A DNA stretch of 64,000 bases from Octopus vulgaris. Lineage: Eukaryota. The stretch is taken from NCBI GenBank assembly GCA_951406725.2, contig OX597817.1, forward strand, positions 47,802,001 through 47,866,000, written 5' to 3'. The notes beneath the pieces are model-generated. The model saw only the letters and a list, made by a program, of their open reading frames with translations. It ran no database searches and was not told the DNA's origin. The position numbers and the translations under genes were made by a program. Positions 11,291 through 24,954 of this stretch are shown in pieces. Numbering within the stretch: the stretch's first letter is position 1; each line of letters starts with the position of its first letter.

Positions 11291-12434
11291 AGAATGGCAT
11301 AAGTCATTGAAGGCTTTCTTGAGTGAAGTTTGTCTTGTCTCTCGTCTTTCAACAGGCGTTTGTATGTTTTGTTAGAACAAGTGTGTTGGTGTATGTGTAA
11401 TGTATTTCCTATGAGAACAAGTTGAAGAAATTGGATCAAATTTGAACCAAGAATCTCTGGTTGGTGTGCATGTACTGATTATGTATATATGTGTGTGTAT
11501 GTGTATATATGTCAGTATCTTTTGTTGAACTGCTCAGTAGGGGGAACATAAACTAACCAGCACCAATTCTCAGGTGGTAATGGACTGAGGCACACACACA
11601 CACATGTGTATGTGTGTGTGTGCCTCAGTCCATTACCATTAATATTGCCGTAATTAAGAGTTCCAAACAGTTCGTCTTCAAGGTTTGTGATGTCAAGGGA
11701 TGAGTGATGGGGAGAAAGTCTGAGAGAAGTATGTGCCTTCATATTTGTTTTGTATCCCCTGTCAATTATTCCAACAGAGAGAAATCAAATCTCTTATCTT
11801 TCCTTTCCCTTTTTCTTATCATCTCAACCCTGAAGAGTTTCTTTGAAACATCAGAAATTCCATTTTCTGAGGTAATATTATTTTACTTTTCCTATCTATG
11901 TGTGCATAAGCATGTGTGTGTGACCCTTTCCCCCTCCCCTTCTTTATATTCTCATTATTATATCTGCCTGTCAAATCTGATTCTTGTTTCTGTATCTGCT
12001 TGTCAGTCTCCCTTGAGCGGAATTGTTTAAAAACCTACTTTTCTCATTTTCCTTTGAAGAACTGTCAGAGTGAAAACTGGTTGGAAATCAATGTAAAAAT
12101 ATTTAATATATCTGAATAAAATATGAAATCTATTATTCTACTTTTTTTATTTTCTTTTGAAGAAACTCTCAGAGTGAAGACTGGTTGGAGAGCAATGTAA
12201 AAATATTTAATATATCTGAATAAAATATGAAATCTGTTATTTGTCTTTTAATTTATTTAAAAGTATTACAATTGATTTCATTTTACACTGCCTTTTCATC
12301 CTTTTGTGTGGTGGGGTGTGTTTGTGTGCATATTAATATTTAGGAGAAGCAACAGTGATTTGAGGGAGTCAATAGTTTCGTGTGTTGGCACCCTGTTGCT
12401 TCTGCTAAATATTAATAAAAATATTCATATACTA

Positions 12435-12822
12435 GGCGCAGGAGTGGCCATGTGGTAAGTAGCTTGTTTACCAACCACATGGTTCTGGGTTCAGTCCCAC
12501 TGCGTGGCACCTTGGGCAAGTGTCTTCTATAGCCTCGGGCCGACCAAAGACTTATGAGTGGATTTGGTAGACGGAAACTGAAAGAAGCCCATCGTATATA
12601 TATATATGCGTGTGTGTGTGTCTGTGTTTGTCCCCCTAGCATTGCTTGACAACCGATGCTGGTGTGTTTATGTCCCTGTTACTTAGCGGTTCGGCAAAAG
12701 AGACGGATAGAATAAGTACTGGGCTTACAAAAGAATAAGTCCCGGGGTCAAGTTGCTCGATTAAAGTCGGTGCTCCAGCATGGCCGCAGTGAAATGACTG
12801 AAACAAGTAAAAGAGAAAAGAG
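12435..12822 (+). mobile_element. SINE family A, full length (tRNA-like head, central (TA)n(TG)n, GTAAAAGA tail)
   Basis: GGCGCAGGAGTGGC..TGTGGTAAG box A, GGTTCAGTCCC box B, conserved body and AAACAAGTAAAAGAG tail. Confidence 0.9.
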
Positions 12823-13153
12823 TATTTCTGAATACTATTTTTCCTGTTTGCATCACCATACATTATCGTTTAACGTTCTTTTTCCTGGACGGGATGCCAG
12901 TCCGTGGAAGATTCTTCATTTTTACCAGCTGAGTGGACTGAGGCAATGTGAAATTATGTGTTTTATTCAAGAACGCAACACATCGCCCAGTCCGCAAATC
13001 GAAGCTACAACCCTACGACCATGCGTCCAACACCCTAACCACTAAGCCATGCATCTCCACTATATATATATATGTGTGTGTGTGTCTGTCTTTATCTTGA
13101 TATCACATGATAGTTGCGAATGAATATCGTTGTCATACAAACATTATCGTTCA

Positions 13154-13511
13154 TCTCTATATATATAAATGGCAAAATGTATGTCTGTGTGTGTGTGTGT
13201 GTGTGTGTCCTTTATACAAATCCACAATTTTTCAGTTAGAGGGCTTGCGCTTTCTATGGTCATTCAAAACCGTCTAAGGGTGGTCATGCACATCTTTACA
13301 TTTCCCCAGTCAACCCGCAAAGCCATTAAAAAATCAATAGACGTGACTTTCTTGTGAATTTTCTATCCAAAATCCAATCAAAATGCCCGAAACTTGATAC
13401 GCCAATTGAATGCCAGCTAGCTGTATGTGAATTGTCGGAGATTTGGACAGTACTCATGTGTATGTGCACACACTAGCACTATGATCTGGCGTTGCCGGGT
13501 CATAGTGCTAG
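13154..13511 (+). mobile_element. Non-autonomous Helitron
   Basis: A|TCTCTATATATA 5' end, subterminal GC hairpin (CTGGCGTTGCCGGG) and CTAG|T 3' end; no TSD. Confidence 0.75.
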
Positions 13512-13704
13512 TTTGCAATATTTTGCAAACTTGTCTGTCCCTGGGGCAACATTACCGTTGTTTGGAAACAGGTGAGGGTTAGTGACAGAGAAAGCATACA
13601 AAATCTACCTCGATAAACTATTTCTTTTCTTCCTCACCAAGTTTTTGGCCATTTGCCTATCTCAGAAACAATTAGAACTAACAAAGGATCACTTATGATT
13701 ATTT

Positions 13705-13710
13705 TTTATT
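13705..13710 (-). terminator. Candidate polyadenylation signal AATAAA of the FAM167 gene
   Basis: TTTATT on plus strand, about 25 nt downstream of the stop codon; AT-rich context makes a chance match possible. Confidence 0.35.
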
Positions 13711-13734
13711 GCCATTAATTATCGTCATCCTCAT

Positions 13735-13989
13735 CTAACTACAGGAGAACCGCCTTGAACATATATTCATCTTGGTCAGTCCACAGTGTCTTAGTTTTGA
13801 TTCACTGTACTTGAGAGGTGGTGCGTCGCACAAATCAATCAATCGGTCTCTTTCTTCAACTTCATCGATTGCATCGTCCAAAAGATCTTGGTGGGTTTGA
13901 CAGGCCCTTTGCACTTTCAGTATTTGGATGTCTCGGTATATCTGTAAGAACTGTGAGGCAAGTTGTTCATCATGTTGTCGCAGCTGTAC
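13735..13989 (-). CDS. FAM167A: FAM167-family protein, last coding exon (conserved C-terminal domain, 84 aa plus stop)
   Basis: VQLRQHDEQLASQFLQIYRDIQILKVQRACQTHQDLLDDA...EERDRLIDLCDAP...GLTKMNICSRRFSCS matches the FAM167A/B C-terminus pattern (MRxQDxQLARQL...KLK...C..H...L.DA...GVTKMNINSRRFS). Acceptor TTTTCATTGAAG|GTA at 13991-13990, phase 0. A versus B orthology cannot be resolved. Confidence 0.93.
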   Translation of the reverse strand, partial: VQLRQHDEQLASQFLQIYRDIQILKVQRACQTHQDLLDDAIDEVEERDRLIDLCDAPPLKYSESKLRHCGLTKMNICSRRFSCS

Positions 13990-14199
13990 CTTCAATGAAA
14001 ATATTTTATTTATATAAGTTTGGGTTTGGTTATTTTTAAGATAACGAAAAAAATTACAATGCGACATAAATTTCTTTTAAATGCAGAATAAATAATAGAT
14101 TTTTAGCTTAATTCAGAACTTGAATAGATGAAGTATTTCTTTTAATCAGTGGGCCATATATTTGGTTTTTTGCATATTGGGAATCTCCGTCATCGAAAA

Positions 14200-14414
14200 C
14201 ATAGGAATCTGCTGAACAAAAAAAATCGGAATGGTCATATGGGGCGGTGGGCTACAGACCCCTATATGGGAAAGGAAAAAATTTGACATCCCCTCCCCCT
14301 AGAACCTTCCCCCCGAGTAATGAAAATCCTTCATGCCAAATTTGATATAGATTGATCCAGCAGTTTGGCCGACCGTAGAGGAAACACACAAAGACTGAAT
14401 TTTATAGATATAGA
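14200..14414 (-). mobile_element. Helitron-like 5' fragment
   Basis: Minus strand begins ATCTATATCTATAAAATTCAGTCTTTGTGTGT, similar in style to the other Helitron 5' ends; no CTAG end identified. Confidence 0.4.
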
Positions 14415-15459
14415 TGTACAAATGTCGGAAAAGGCAACTACAAGCCCTCGTAAAACCATCACCAGCGACGACTACCCAAACAGATTCGTGAGTTGGGGTG
14501 ACTGTCACCTGAGTGGTGCAAAGGTGTCATCTGCCAGGAATAAGAATTCACCAACAAATATTGATGCACTGTTACCGTGCATGGCCCCAGAGTACTACTA
14601 CTACTATCCTTGTTTATCACAGGTGTTTGGTTCCAGAATAAAAACACCGTGTTAAATGAATCCATGATGAACAAATAATATGAGTAAAAGGGGTTTCGTT
14701 GGAAGACCTAAAGTTCTGAGCATTGTAGAAGGTCGTCACTATGATGTGCTTTTGCAATCCAAGCAGAATTTTTGATTGCCAACCCATGTTATAGTGATAA
14801 GCGTAATACTGTTTACACCTGACTGTATTGTGTTATCCCAGATCAGTGATAAGCGAGGATAGATGGATATTGTTTTCTAATTTAGTCATAAGGCCAACCG
14901 TTAGTGAGAGAGACTTAGCTTAAGTAGTACCATATGTTATTGGCACCGAAAGAATGAAAGGCAAATTTGAACTCAGGACGTAAAGAGCCGGGAAAATATA
15001 ATTTTGTCTGCTACGATTTATGTGTGCGCTTTTACGCACCAAGCACCTAAATAAGAGAACCTCTCAAAGCTAATAACGCAGTATTAACTGTTTATCAAGG
15101 CTTCTGCATTTTGCTTTATATACAGATATCATAAAACATTTTCCCGATACTCTAATGATTCTGCCAGCCTGCCACTTAATGGATAACATATATTACTCTA
15201 CTTATTAACATTACTTAAGTACCTTCAACAAAGTAATACGTGTACTTGATATACAACCAGTATTCAAGCAGTAGATGGCAATAATGCAATCCGGATTTGG
15301 CCATAAATCATCATAAGATATATTTTAATCAGATTTTGTTTTATGTTTATACATAAGCATTAAGGAAAAAAGAAAACTTTGATTTCATTTCTGTCAACTT
15401 GTATGTTTTTGTTAGTTTGGGTTTGGCTTTTATGATAATGAAAAAATTACAATGAAACA

Positions 15460-15559
15460 TTCCGTTGTGTCTAGGGAGAGTCATTTTCTTACACAACAGA
15501 ATATGCTTCAACACACGAACTCACATAAAGAATCTTGCAAACCAAATCCAAAAACGAAA
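15460..15559. mobile_element. Hairpin-plus-tail element with collapsed hairpin
   Basis: Same ends as 9760-10094 but interior deleted; 12-bp TSD TACAATGAAACA (15448-15459, 15560-15571). Confidence 0.75.
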
Positions 15560-15589
15560 TACAATGAAACAATTTTCTTTTTAATGCAC

Positions 15590-16058
15590 AAAGAGTAGAG
15601 ACATCAGCCTCGCTACCAAATGCAGATTGGTGAATGCAATCGTCTTCCCAATAACAACATATGGTTGCTGACCAGAAGAGAATTAATGCATTCGAGCTTT
15701 GGTGTTGGAGAAGACTTTTACGGATTCCATGGACAGCGAGGTTCACCAATGGAGAGATTCTTAACCAGATCAAGCCGAAACTGTCGCTAGAAGCTAGGAT
15801 CACCACGCATAGATTGGCATATTTTGGTTATATTATGCGGAGAAAATCCCTGGAGAAGGACATCATGTTCGGAATAGTCAGTGGCAAGAGAGGAAGAGGC
15901 CGACCAAGAACCCGCTGTCTTGACACCATCAAGTGTGACACGGGAATGGCCATGGCCATCGCCAATCTGAAAGAAGCGACCCAGGATAGAACTGGCTGGA
16001 GAACAGTAATCCATCGAGTAACCGAGAGTCGACTCCGACTGAGCGGATAGATTGAGAG
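15590..16058 (+). mobile_element. RTE-clade LINE 3' fragment
   Basis: KSRDISLATKCRLVNAIVFP, then RINAFELWCWRRLLRIPWTAR...LAYFGYIMRR.SLEKDIM.G.V.GKRGRGRPRTR, the typical RTE/BovB ORF C-terminus. Confidence 0.9.
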
Positions 16059-16996
16059 AAATAATAAATTTTAGCTTAATCCAGAACTTGAATAGAGGAA
16101 GTATTTGTTTCAACCAATGAATCATATATTATTTAGAAGTCATTAACTTTCCTTTTATGATAATTATACATTTATTTTGTACTGTGGGGGGACCAGCATG
16201 TCAAAGAATAGACCCAACGTTTTTTTGCATGCCAGAAAGGGCAGCTGAAAGAGTTTGAGGTAGGATTTGCATTCTGACCTCATAAAACCCAAGTTTATGA
16301 TCAAATTAACAACCTTTGTATAATAACCTGGTTTCCTCCATCACACTTTACAATGTACAGAGAGAGAGAGAGATAGTAAAAGAGATACGGAGAGATTTAA
16401 AGTGCAGGGTAGGTGTACATATGTCTTGGTGGCAAGCAATGAGTAAAGAGTGCTACACACACACAATGAAATAGATATAATCGTAAAGAGGAGAGAAGTA
16501 ACTAACGGAAGTTAGAGACAGGGAGAGAGAGGAGGAATGAAACCGTAACAGTTCAGAATAGTATAATAAAGTGGGAAAGTATAGAAATAAAGTTCATAAA
16601 ACAAAGTACGCTGAGTAAAATAGAAGTAAGCAGGAGGAGAGGGTAATAGGTAAAGGAGAGAAAAGATGGTGAGAGGGAGAAGGTAAAGAGATACTCAGAG
16701 GAGAGGAGAAAAAATAATAAAGTAATTAAATTAAAGCATATCATATTAGAAAAGTTACTTGAAAAACAATGAATATCATGTCAAAGGCAAGAATCATCAA
16801 TTGGAACGGCATTTATAGTAAACAATTTCAAGCGTGAAACAATGTTTTATATTTTTCTCTATAGAAGAAAGTTTTAGAGAAAAACTAATAAAAATATATT
16901 TGTATAAGTGTAAGCAGAGAAATATACTCGTATTATGTTAGGCAAAAAATAAATACAGATACATTAAAAAATGTGTGTGTGTGTGTTTCTGTTTAC

Positions 16997-17420
16997 TCTC
17001 TTATACTCTTTACTCTTTTATTTGTTTCAGTCATTTGACTGCGGCTATGCTGGAGCACCACATTTAGTCGAGCAAATCGATTCCAGGACTTATTCTTTGT
17101 AAGCCTAGTACTTATTCTATCGGTCTCTTCTGCTGAACCACTAAGTTACGGGGACGTAAACACACCAGCATCGGTTGTCAAGCGATGTTAGAGGGACAAA
17201 CACAGATACACAAACATACACACACACACACATATATATATATATACGACGGGCTTCTTTCAGTTCCCGTCTAGCAAATCCACTCACAAGGCTTTGGTCG
17301 GCCCGAGTCTATAGTAGAAGACACTTACCCAAGGTGCCACGCAGTGGGACTGAACCCGGAACCATGTGGTTAGGAAGCAAGCTACTTACCACACAGCCAT
17401 TCCTGTGCCAATACTTCCCA
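16997..17420 (-). mobile_element. SINE family A, full length
   Basis: Reverse complement of the 12435 copy. Confidence 0.9.
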
Positions 17421-18611
17421 CACAGCCATTCCTGCGCCTATGTGTGTATCATAATTGGTGGTATAAAAGATGTACGGGCATATCAGACACACCTCAATTT
17501 CAGCAGCGTATATTCAGGAAAACTTTTAACGCATTAAAAATTATGAGAGGCCCAATTTTATCCCCCAACTTTTTTTTTTTTTTGGTAATGGGGGTAGTGC
17601 GTCTTATGTGCCATCAAATATGGTGCATGTGTGTGTGTGTATAAAGACCGTCTTCAGTCATGAATGACCATGATGTTCCACCTAGAAAGCTCCCCTCGAA
17701 GGCACGAGTCTGGGCAAGATTGTTTATGGAAGACCAGCAGTCACCCATGCATACCAGCCTCCCCTTTCCAAGCCACCAAAGTTATCCAAGGCAAAAGCAA
17801 AGGCCAATACAGCTTGGCATCAGTGACATTGCAACTCATTTCTACAGCTGGAGCAACATGAAATAAAGTGTCTTGCTCAAGAACACAACACACGGCTCGA
17901 TCCAGGAATCAAACTTACTACCTCATGATTGTGAGCCCGTGAAGGTGCATGGCTCACTGGTTAGAGCTTCGGGCTCACAATCATGTGATAGAGAGTTTGA
18001 TTCCCAGACCAAGAACAGTACCTGTTAGAATCAATATTATTTGGTACCGCTTGAAGGAGTGGTCCAGTCGAAAGGTGTGGAAAGTGTTATGACCTAGTGA
18101 GCAAGAGGATGATCGCCAATGTCTGAGTTTATTTTAATTTATTACATTTTAATTTATTATAAAATTATTATCGTTGTAGTTGTTATTGTAGATTTGAAGA
18201 ATCCGTAGTGTCAAATAATATGCCTTATGATTACACTTTGAATTAAAATGCCGCCAGAGTCGAGTTTCTTTTTCATCTTTTCCAGGTAGATAAGGTAAAT
18301 TACAGGTGATATTTTGATATCATCAACTGTTCCATTATTGCAAACGTGTGTATTGTCGGTAGCAGTAGCATCACCACAATAACCACGGCTCCTTCGTGGG
18401 GGCGCCAAGGAGGGCGTGACAAAGACAAGGAAATTTTCATGACCGTCAGCTTGTACATGCCGAAGTTCAGCTTGCCCAGGGCGCATTTTTTTTTTCTTTT
18501 CCCATGAGAGTTCCATACCCCAGTAATTAACTCATTTGCTTACAGCCAATCAGAGCTCACCTTGACCTTATTGTCAAGTTAACAAACACACTCTGCCATG
18601 TAAACTCAAGA

Positions 18612-18774
18612 TGGCATAGGAGTGGCTGTGTGGTAAGTAGCTTGCTTACCAACCACATGGTTCTGGGTTCAGTCCCACTGCGTGGCACCTTGGGCAAGTG
18701 TCTTCTACTAAAGCCTCGGGCCTCGAGCCTTGTGAGTGGATTTGGTAGACGGAAACTGAAAGAAGCCCGTCATA

Positions 18775-18825
<51 letters not shown>

Positions 18826-18895
18826 ACGTGTGTGTATATGTTTGTGTGTCTGTGTTTGTCCCCCCCCCCAACATCACTTGACAACCGATGCTGGT
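18612..18895 (+). mobile_element. SINE family A, 3'-truncated
   Basis: Head, body and central microsatellite present, ends after ACAACCGATGCTGG. Confidence 0.85.
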
Positions 18896-19249
18896 CATCA
18901 TGTATAAACCACTTCAAATATTATTTAAGCAAATTTAGTGATTTCATTTGTACTGTAAACCATTTACTATTTTTGTGATTGCCTCACCCTTCACTCGATA
19001 CCCTAAGCACGTACTTATTTTGATTTATGGTTAAATCTAGCGCAGCTATCACCCCAACCCCCAGCATCCCCTCACCACCACCACCACCACCACCTCCATC
19101 AATGCTTGTCATAGCCGTCACTAGGTCATTCATTGTTTTGCTACCATGCTTTGGTGAGAGTCAAGACAGAATCCTCAATCATAATCTAATAAACTGGTCA
19201 CAAACAAGAATATACTCATCTCTCTAACACCCCTCCCTCCCTCTCCCTT

Positions 19250-19605
19250 CTCTATCTACCTATCTATCCGTCTATCTATTTATCTATCCATCTATCCCTC
19301 TGTCTATCCGTGTTTCTGTCTACCTGTCTATCTATCTATCTACCTACCTACCCATCCATCCATCCATCCATCCATCCATCCATCCATCCATCCATCCATC
19401 CATCCATCCATCCATCCATCCATCCATCCATCCATCCATCTATCTATCTATCTACCTACCTACCTACCTACCTACCTACCTACCTACCTACCTACCTATC
19501 TATCTATTTATCTACCTATCTATCTATCTAACTATCTATCTATCTATTTATCTACCTACCTATTTATCTACCTATCTATCTATCTATCTATCTACCTCTA
19601 TCTCT
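19250..19605. repeat. Compound (TCTA)/(TCCA)/(CCTA)n microsatellite
   Basis: Directly visible. Confidence 0.95.
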
Positions 19606-19935
19606 ATTTTTGGCAACCTGCTCTTACACTACAAATTAATCGGATTTAATAACAGGTTACCGACCCTCTAATGACTCACATCGCTTTTGTTTTGTTAACT
19701 TGTCGTTTTTGGTGGGAGTGTTTCTATGGGAATTTAATCAACAGCCCAAGAGAAAGTAAGTGACACCAAATATTGTTGTTGTCTATGAACCTCATTGGAG
19801 GGAAAACTGGTTGCATTATTCGTCATAGGACACAGATTAAGAAACTCCAAGCAAACAGGTGCCTGTCGCGAATAATTCTAATGTAAGAACATTTTACGTA
19901 AATGCAGGTATGACTGTAAGAAAAGTATGTGGAAT

Positions 19936-20535
19936 CGCAGGCGTGGGTGTGTGGTAAGAAGCTTGCTGGCAGAAATGTTAGCACGCCGATTGAAATGCTT
20001 TCTAGTATTTCGTCCGCCACTGCGTTCTGAGTTCAAACTCCGCCGAGGTCGACTTTGCCTTTCATCCCTTTCGGGGGTCGATAAATTAAGTACCAGTTAC
20101 GCACTGGAGTCGATGTAATCGACTTAATCATCCTTTTGTTTGTCCCCTCTATGTTTAGCCCCTTGTGGGCAATAAAGAAATAAGAAGCTTGCTTCCCAAC
20201 CACGTGGTTCCGGGTTCAGTCACTCTGCACGGCACGTTGAGCAAGTGTCTTCTACTATAGCATCGAGCCGGTCAAAGCCATATGAGTGAATTTGGTTAAC
20301 AGAAACTGAAAAAAGCCTATCGTGTGTGTGTGTGTGCGTGCGCGCATTTGTCCACCACCCACCCATCGCTTGATGAACGGTGTTGGCATGTTTATGCCCC
20401 CGTAAGCTAGCAGTTCAGCAAAAGCATACGACAGAATAAGTACAAGGCTTTAGAAGTGCTGGTTCGATTCGTTCGACTAAAAATTCTTCAAGGTAGTGCT
20501 TCAGCATGGCCACAGTCTAATGAAACAAGTAACAG
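19936..20535 (+). mobile_element. Old family A SINE with a family B SINE (19968-20180) inserted in its head
   Basis: 13-bp TSD TAAGAAGCTTGCT (19955-19967, 20181-20193) around the family B copy. Confidence 0.85.
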
Positions 20536-20694
20536 TTTTTTAAAAAATGACAAAAATTGTTATTTACAAACTGTTTATTGAAAGTAGCGTTTTTTTTCTT
20601 AGTTATACAATTTTAAGGAATCGTTGTATGGTGTAGTGATTATGAAGTGTTTGTGTGTGGGTGTGTGACCATGTGTGAGTTGTATGTATGTAGT

Positions 20695-21094
<400 letters not shown>

Positions 21095-21636
21095 GAAGGC
21101 TTGGTCAACTTGGGTTTCACATGCAGTTAATAATGTTGTACATAATTCCCCATCTCTCAAATTGTCCTCCAAAACGAACCATGTTATTCACTTTAGCTTT
21201 TCTCCAATTAAGTAAAAATGCGATTACGATTTATTCCCAAGTTTGATGGAAGTGGCGGTGGGGGGGGGATATCTAAGCCTACCAAAGATAAAAAAACTGC
21301 CATCCTTGGCCACAATGTATAGAGGCTGGGTTTCTGGTGAGAAAAAAATCCACATGATTGATTGACGTTTTATGTTTGCACGTTTGTTTAATGGCGCGCA
21401 CACGGACACGGACACACGTGTGAAACAAAAAATCTAACTGAAATATTAAGTTATGGGAAGAGATAAAAAAAAAAAGGGGCAGGGAGGGGGGAGGGGTGAT
21501 TGTTATCAATATTGAGGTTTATAGGAGATTGTTTTGTTTTGTTTTGTTTTTTGTTTGTTATCTTGAAGTGGTTTATCACAGAGCAATAAATATAACACTG
21601 AAGTAAGCAGGTAGAGTGGCACATAAGTGAGCAACG

Positions 21637-21673
<37 letters not shown>

Positions 21674-21830
21674 CAGTGGCGGCGGTGGTGGTGGTGGCAA
21701 TAGTAGTAGTAGTAGTAGCGGCGGTGGTGGTGGTGGTGGTGGTGGTGGCAGTAGTAGTAGTAGCTGCGGCGGTGGTGGTGGTGGTGGTGGCAGTAGTAGT
21801 AGTAGCAGTAGTAGTAGTAGTAGTAGTAGT
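21637..21830. repeat. (GTA)/(GTG)/(GCG)n trinucleotide repeat
   Basis: Directly visible. Confidence 0.95.
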
Positions 21831-22033
21831 CAGGTGAACAGTTCTAAAAACCGACAAATACCACCACCATCACCCACAAAAATTGTAACTGAAATCCTTT
21901 GCCCCCCCCCCCCCTCCGCACCACCACCACCATTACCTCTTTATTAATGTAAAGCCAAAATCGAGTTTGCATCCCTGATGATTTTTCTCTCTTTGTCCAT
22001 GGTTTTGGGGTATGTTAAAAAATTTATAAACCT

Positions 22034-22184
22034 GAGTGGCTGTGTGGTAAGTAGCTTGCTAACCAACCACACGGTTCCGGGTTCGATCCTACTGCGTGGC
22101 ACCTTGGGCGAGTGTCTGCTACTATAGCCTCAGGCCGACCAAAGCCTTGTGGGTGGATTTGGTAGATGGAAACTGAAAGAAGTC

Positions 22185-22239
<55 letters not shown>

Positions 22240-22480
22240 CATATATATATATGTGTGTATATACGTGTGTGTGTGTTTGCATGTCTGTGTTTGTCCCTAC
22301 ACCATCGCTTGACAACCGATGTTGGTGTGTTAACGTCCCCGTAACTTAGCGGTTCGGCAAAAGAGACCGATAGAATAAGTACTAGGCTTACATAGAATAA
22401 GTCCTGGGGGTCGATTTGCTCGACTAAAGGTGGTGCTCCAGCATGGCCACATTCAAATGACTGAAACAAATAAAAGAATA
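22034..22480 (+). mobile_element. SINE family A
   Basis: Head to tail collinear with the 12435 copy, longer central (TA)n. Confidence 0.9.
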
Positions 22481-22750
22481 GACTAAGGCATAGTTGTACG
22501 GTTAAGAAGATCACTTTGCAGGCATGTGGTTTTCGGGGGTTCAGTCCCAGTATGTGCCTCCTTGCGCAGGTGCCTTCTACTATCACCGTGGACTGGACCA
22601 ATGCCTTGTAAGTGAATTTGGTACATGAAAACTGTGTGGAAGCCTGTTAAAGCAAATACATAAGCGTATGTACGAGGGGTTGCTGTAAAAATCCTGGTTT
22701 GGGGTAAAAGAATATACAGGAGGATCAGTTAATTATGTTTTTATACAATA

Positions 22751-23207
22751 CTAGCAGCATAGCCCGGCGTTGCCCGGGTATGTAAGAGCCCCTAGAAGGC
22801 AACGACTAATCCCAATCTAGTCCTTTCCCTCTAGGGAACGAAGGCGCATGTGTAGGTTGCAATGTCTTCTCTTCACTCGAATACTTCTGTGTATAGAATG
22901 TTCCTAGCTGTCCCTTTGGGCGAAAACATGAAAACATCATTGTGCCTCCCAACGCCTGAACAGCCCACATACAGCCCAGAAAATGTGTTGCATATAAAAA
23001 GGTTAGATTCTCGACCCCATGTCGAATTTATCGATTTTTTCAGAACTGGAGGAACTTTTCAAAATTTTCCCTGCGTTAGTTTCGAATTATGACATTGGGC
23101 TATGTGTGTCTCAAGTTTCATCAGAATCGGTTGAAAGCCGTGGTCAGGGTGAGGGTACAACCTGACAGACACACAGACAGACAAACTGCCGTTTATATAG
23201 AGTGAGA
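22751..23207 (-). mobile_element. Non-autonomous Helitron
   Basis: Minus strand: A|TC 5' end, CCCGGGCAACGCCGGG hairpin, CTAG|T 3' end. Confidence 0.8.
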
Positions 23208-23608
23208 TGAGATGAGATGAGATGAGATATTTCTCTTTCAGATTCCCACACTAATTGCAGTGGTCCTTATTTTTTCTAAACCTTGTAAAGGCACTTGGAA
23301 GTTTGGGCCTCCAAACAGATCTTTTGCGATACTTTTAAAACCCTTCGTGTGTGTATACATATATATATATATTTATATAAACACCCCTTCATGTGCAGTT
23401 GTATGTGTATATATATATATAGAGAGAGAGAGAGAAAATAGTAAAAAGTGAAAAAACTACAGAAGGCTTAAAGGTTAAAAAATATATATATTTGCGTCAA
23501 TATGTCTGAAGAATATTAAAAAAAATTTTTTCCTTACAATGACATAGTTTAGAAGAAAGACCGGTTTCGCGTTTAGCTTTTCAAATTTCTTACGACGTTA
23601 TGTTTATG

Positions 23609-23666
<58 letters not shown>

Positions 23667-23677
23667 ATTATTATTAT

Positions 23678-24954
23678 TATAAAAGGCAGATTCTATCTGC
23701 CTCCCTTTGTAAGTTATAGAAATCTACAATATAGGATTTCTTCAATTACAATTTACCTAGCATTTTTAAGAGTAGAATGCATCGGGTCATGCCAGGTCAA
23801 GTTTTTAAAATTTAAACTCCAATTAAGCAAAATTTACAGAAAACTCACATTCTGGTGTATATGTCAAATGCTCTTCTTAATGTGGTTTACACCACACGCA
23901 AACGCACACACACACACAAAGGGAACGAACTGTTTCACTGACGCTATCACCCTTCTCCTCCTTTGTCTTTGCAAGTTTGCAGCTATTAAAGTGAAAACAG
24001 TGAATCCGACAGCGATAAAGAAAACGAATTGGTACCTGAATGGAGTGAAAATTTAAAAACTGTTTCTTTCGGTGATTTTTCTGAAGAAACTGGACCAAGC
24101 CACAGACTTTCCCAGAAGAGTAAAGCCTTAAACTATTTCTATTTACTTTTTCGAATGAGCCTATTTGAAATCATTACGGCAGAAACGAACTGTTACGCTA
24201 AACGTAAACAAAACGAAAGAAAGGATAGTTTGTTATTTCCCACAATCTTAAATGAAATTAAGGCCTATTTTGCCATAAATATTATTATGGGTATCAGAAA
24301 GTTACCCAGAATAACAAATTATATCGTAAAATTTTGTTGTATACCCAATTGAATATTAGCTAATAACCCATTTTCTATAGCGATGTTTGAACAAAATTTT
24401 AATAATTTTATATATTGTTGAATTTACCTGTATCTACCTGCAATTAGAGTCACTTTGTGACAAAAATTATAGTATAGAATTGGTTGAGGACATTTCATTA
24501 AATTATCTTCCAAAAATCACATTAATATATTGATAAATAAAAAAGTTATTGTTGTTTAATGAAACCAGACTAAATTTATGATTACGTTAGAAAATAATTG
24601 AAACACATATTTTGGTCAGAAATATAGTAACGAAAGGGTTAAGAAAACCAAACCGGGTATCTTATAGTCGTGAGTCATATCGAGCTCTTCTGGGTATTAG
24701 CGCGCGTCTACGATGAGTCTACGATTTAAAAAAATTTACCATCATATTTTTCCATTTTAATGCATTTTTTCGCTATTATATAAGGGAAGTAACTCTCTAA
24801 AAATATCTACGATGTGTCAACGATTTAAAAAGAAATTTACCTTAATTTTTTTTCCATTTTTAATGCATTTTTTTCCTATTTTTTGGCTATAACTCTCTAA
24901 AAATGCTTATATAGTTATTTCCCTTACAAACCCGAGCAACGCCGGGCGATACTG

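Larger units (their letters stand above)
15045..16130 (-). pseudogene. Decayed local duplicate of the FAM167 last-exon acceptor region
   Basis: 15415-15459, 15572-15590 and 16060-16130 are collinear with 14018-14160; GTACCTTCAA acceptor junction repeated near 15219; weak exon-like remnants at 15047-15130. Confidence 0.45.

Noticed and set aside
12055-12240. Short direct duplication (about 107-bp period)
   Set aside because: AT-rich two-copy duplication with no element hallmarks.
12435-12510. tRNA-like sequence (also heads of families B, D and E)
   Set aside because: Box A/B are present but run straight into SINE bodies with TSDs; these are SINE heads, not tRNA genes.
13990-14067. N-terminal 26 codons of the 110-aa ORF
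   Set aside because: Intron read-through upstream of the acceptor; FAM167 similarity begins at VQLR.
21627-21947. Gly/Ser-rich and poly-Thr ORFs
   Set aside because: Trinucleotide microsatellite with no splice or homology support.
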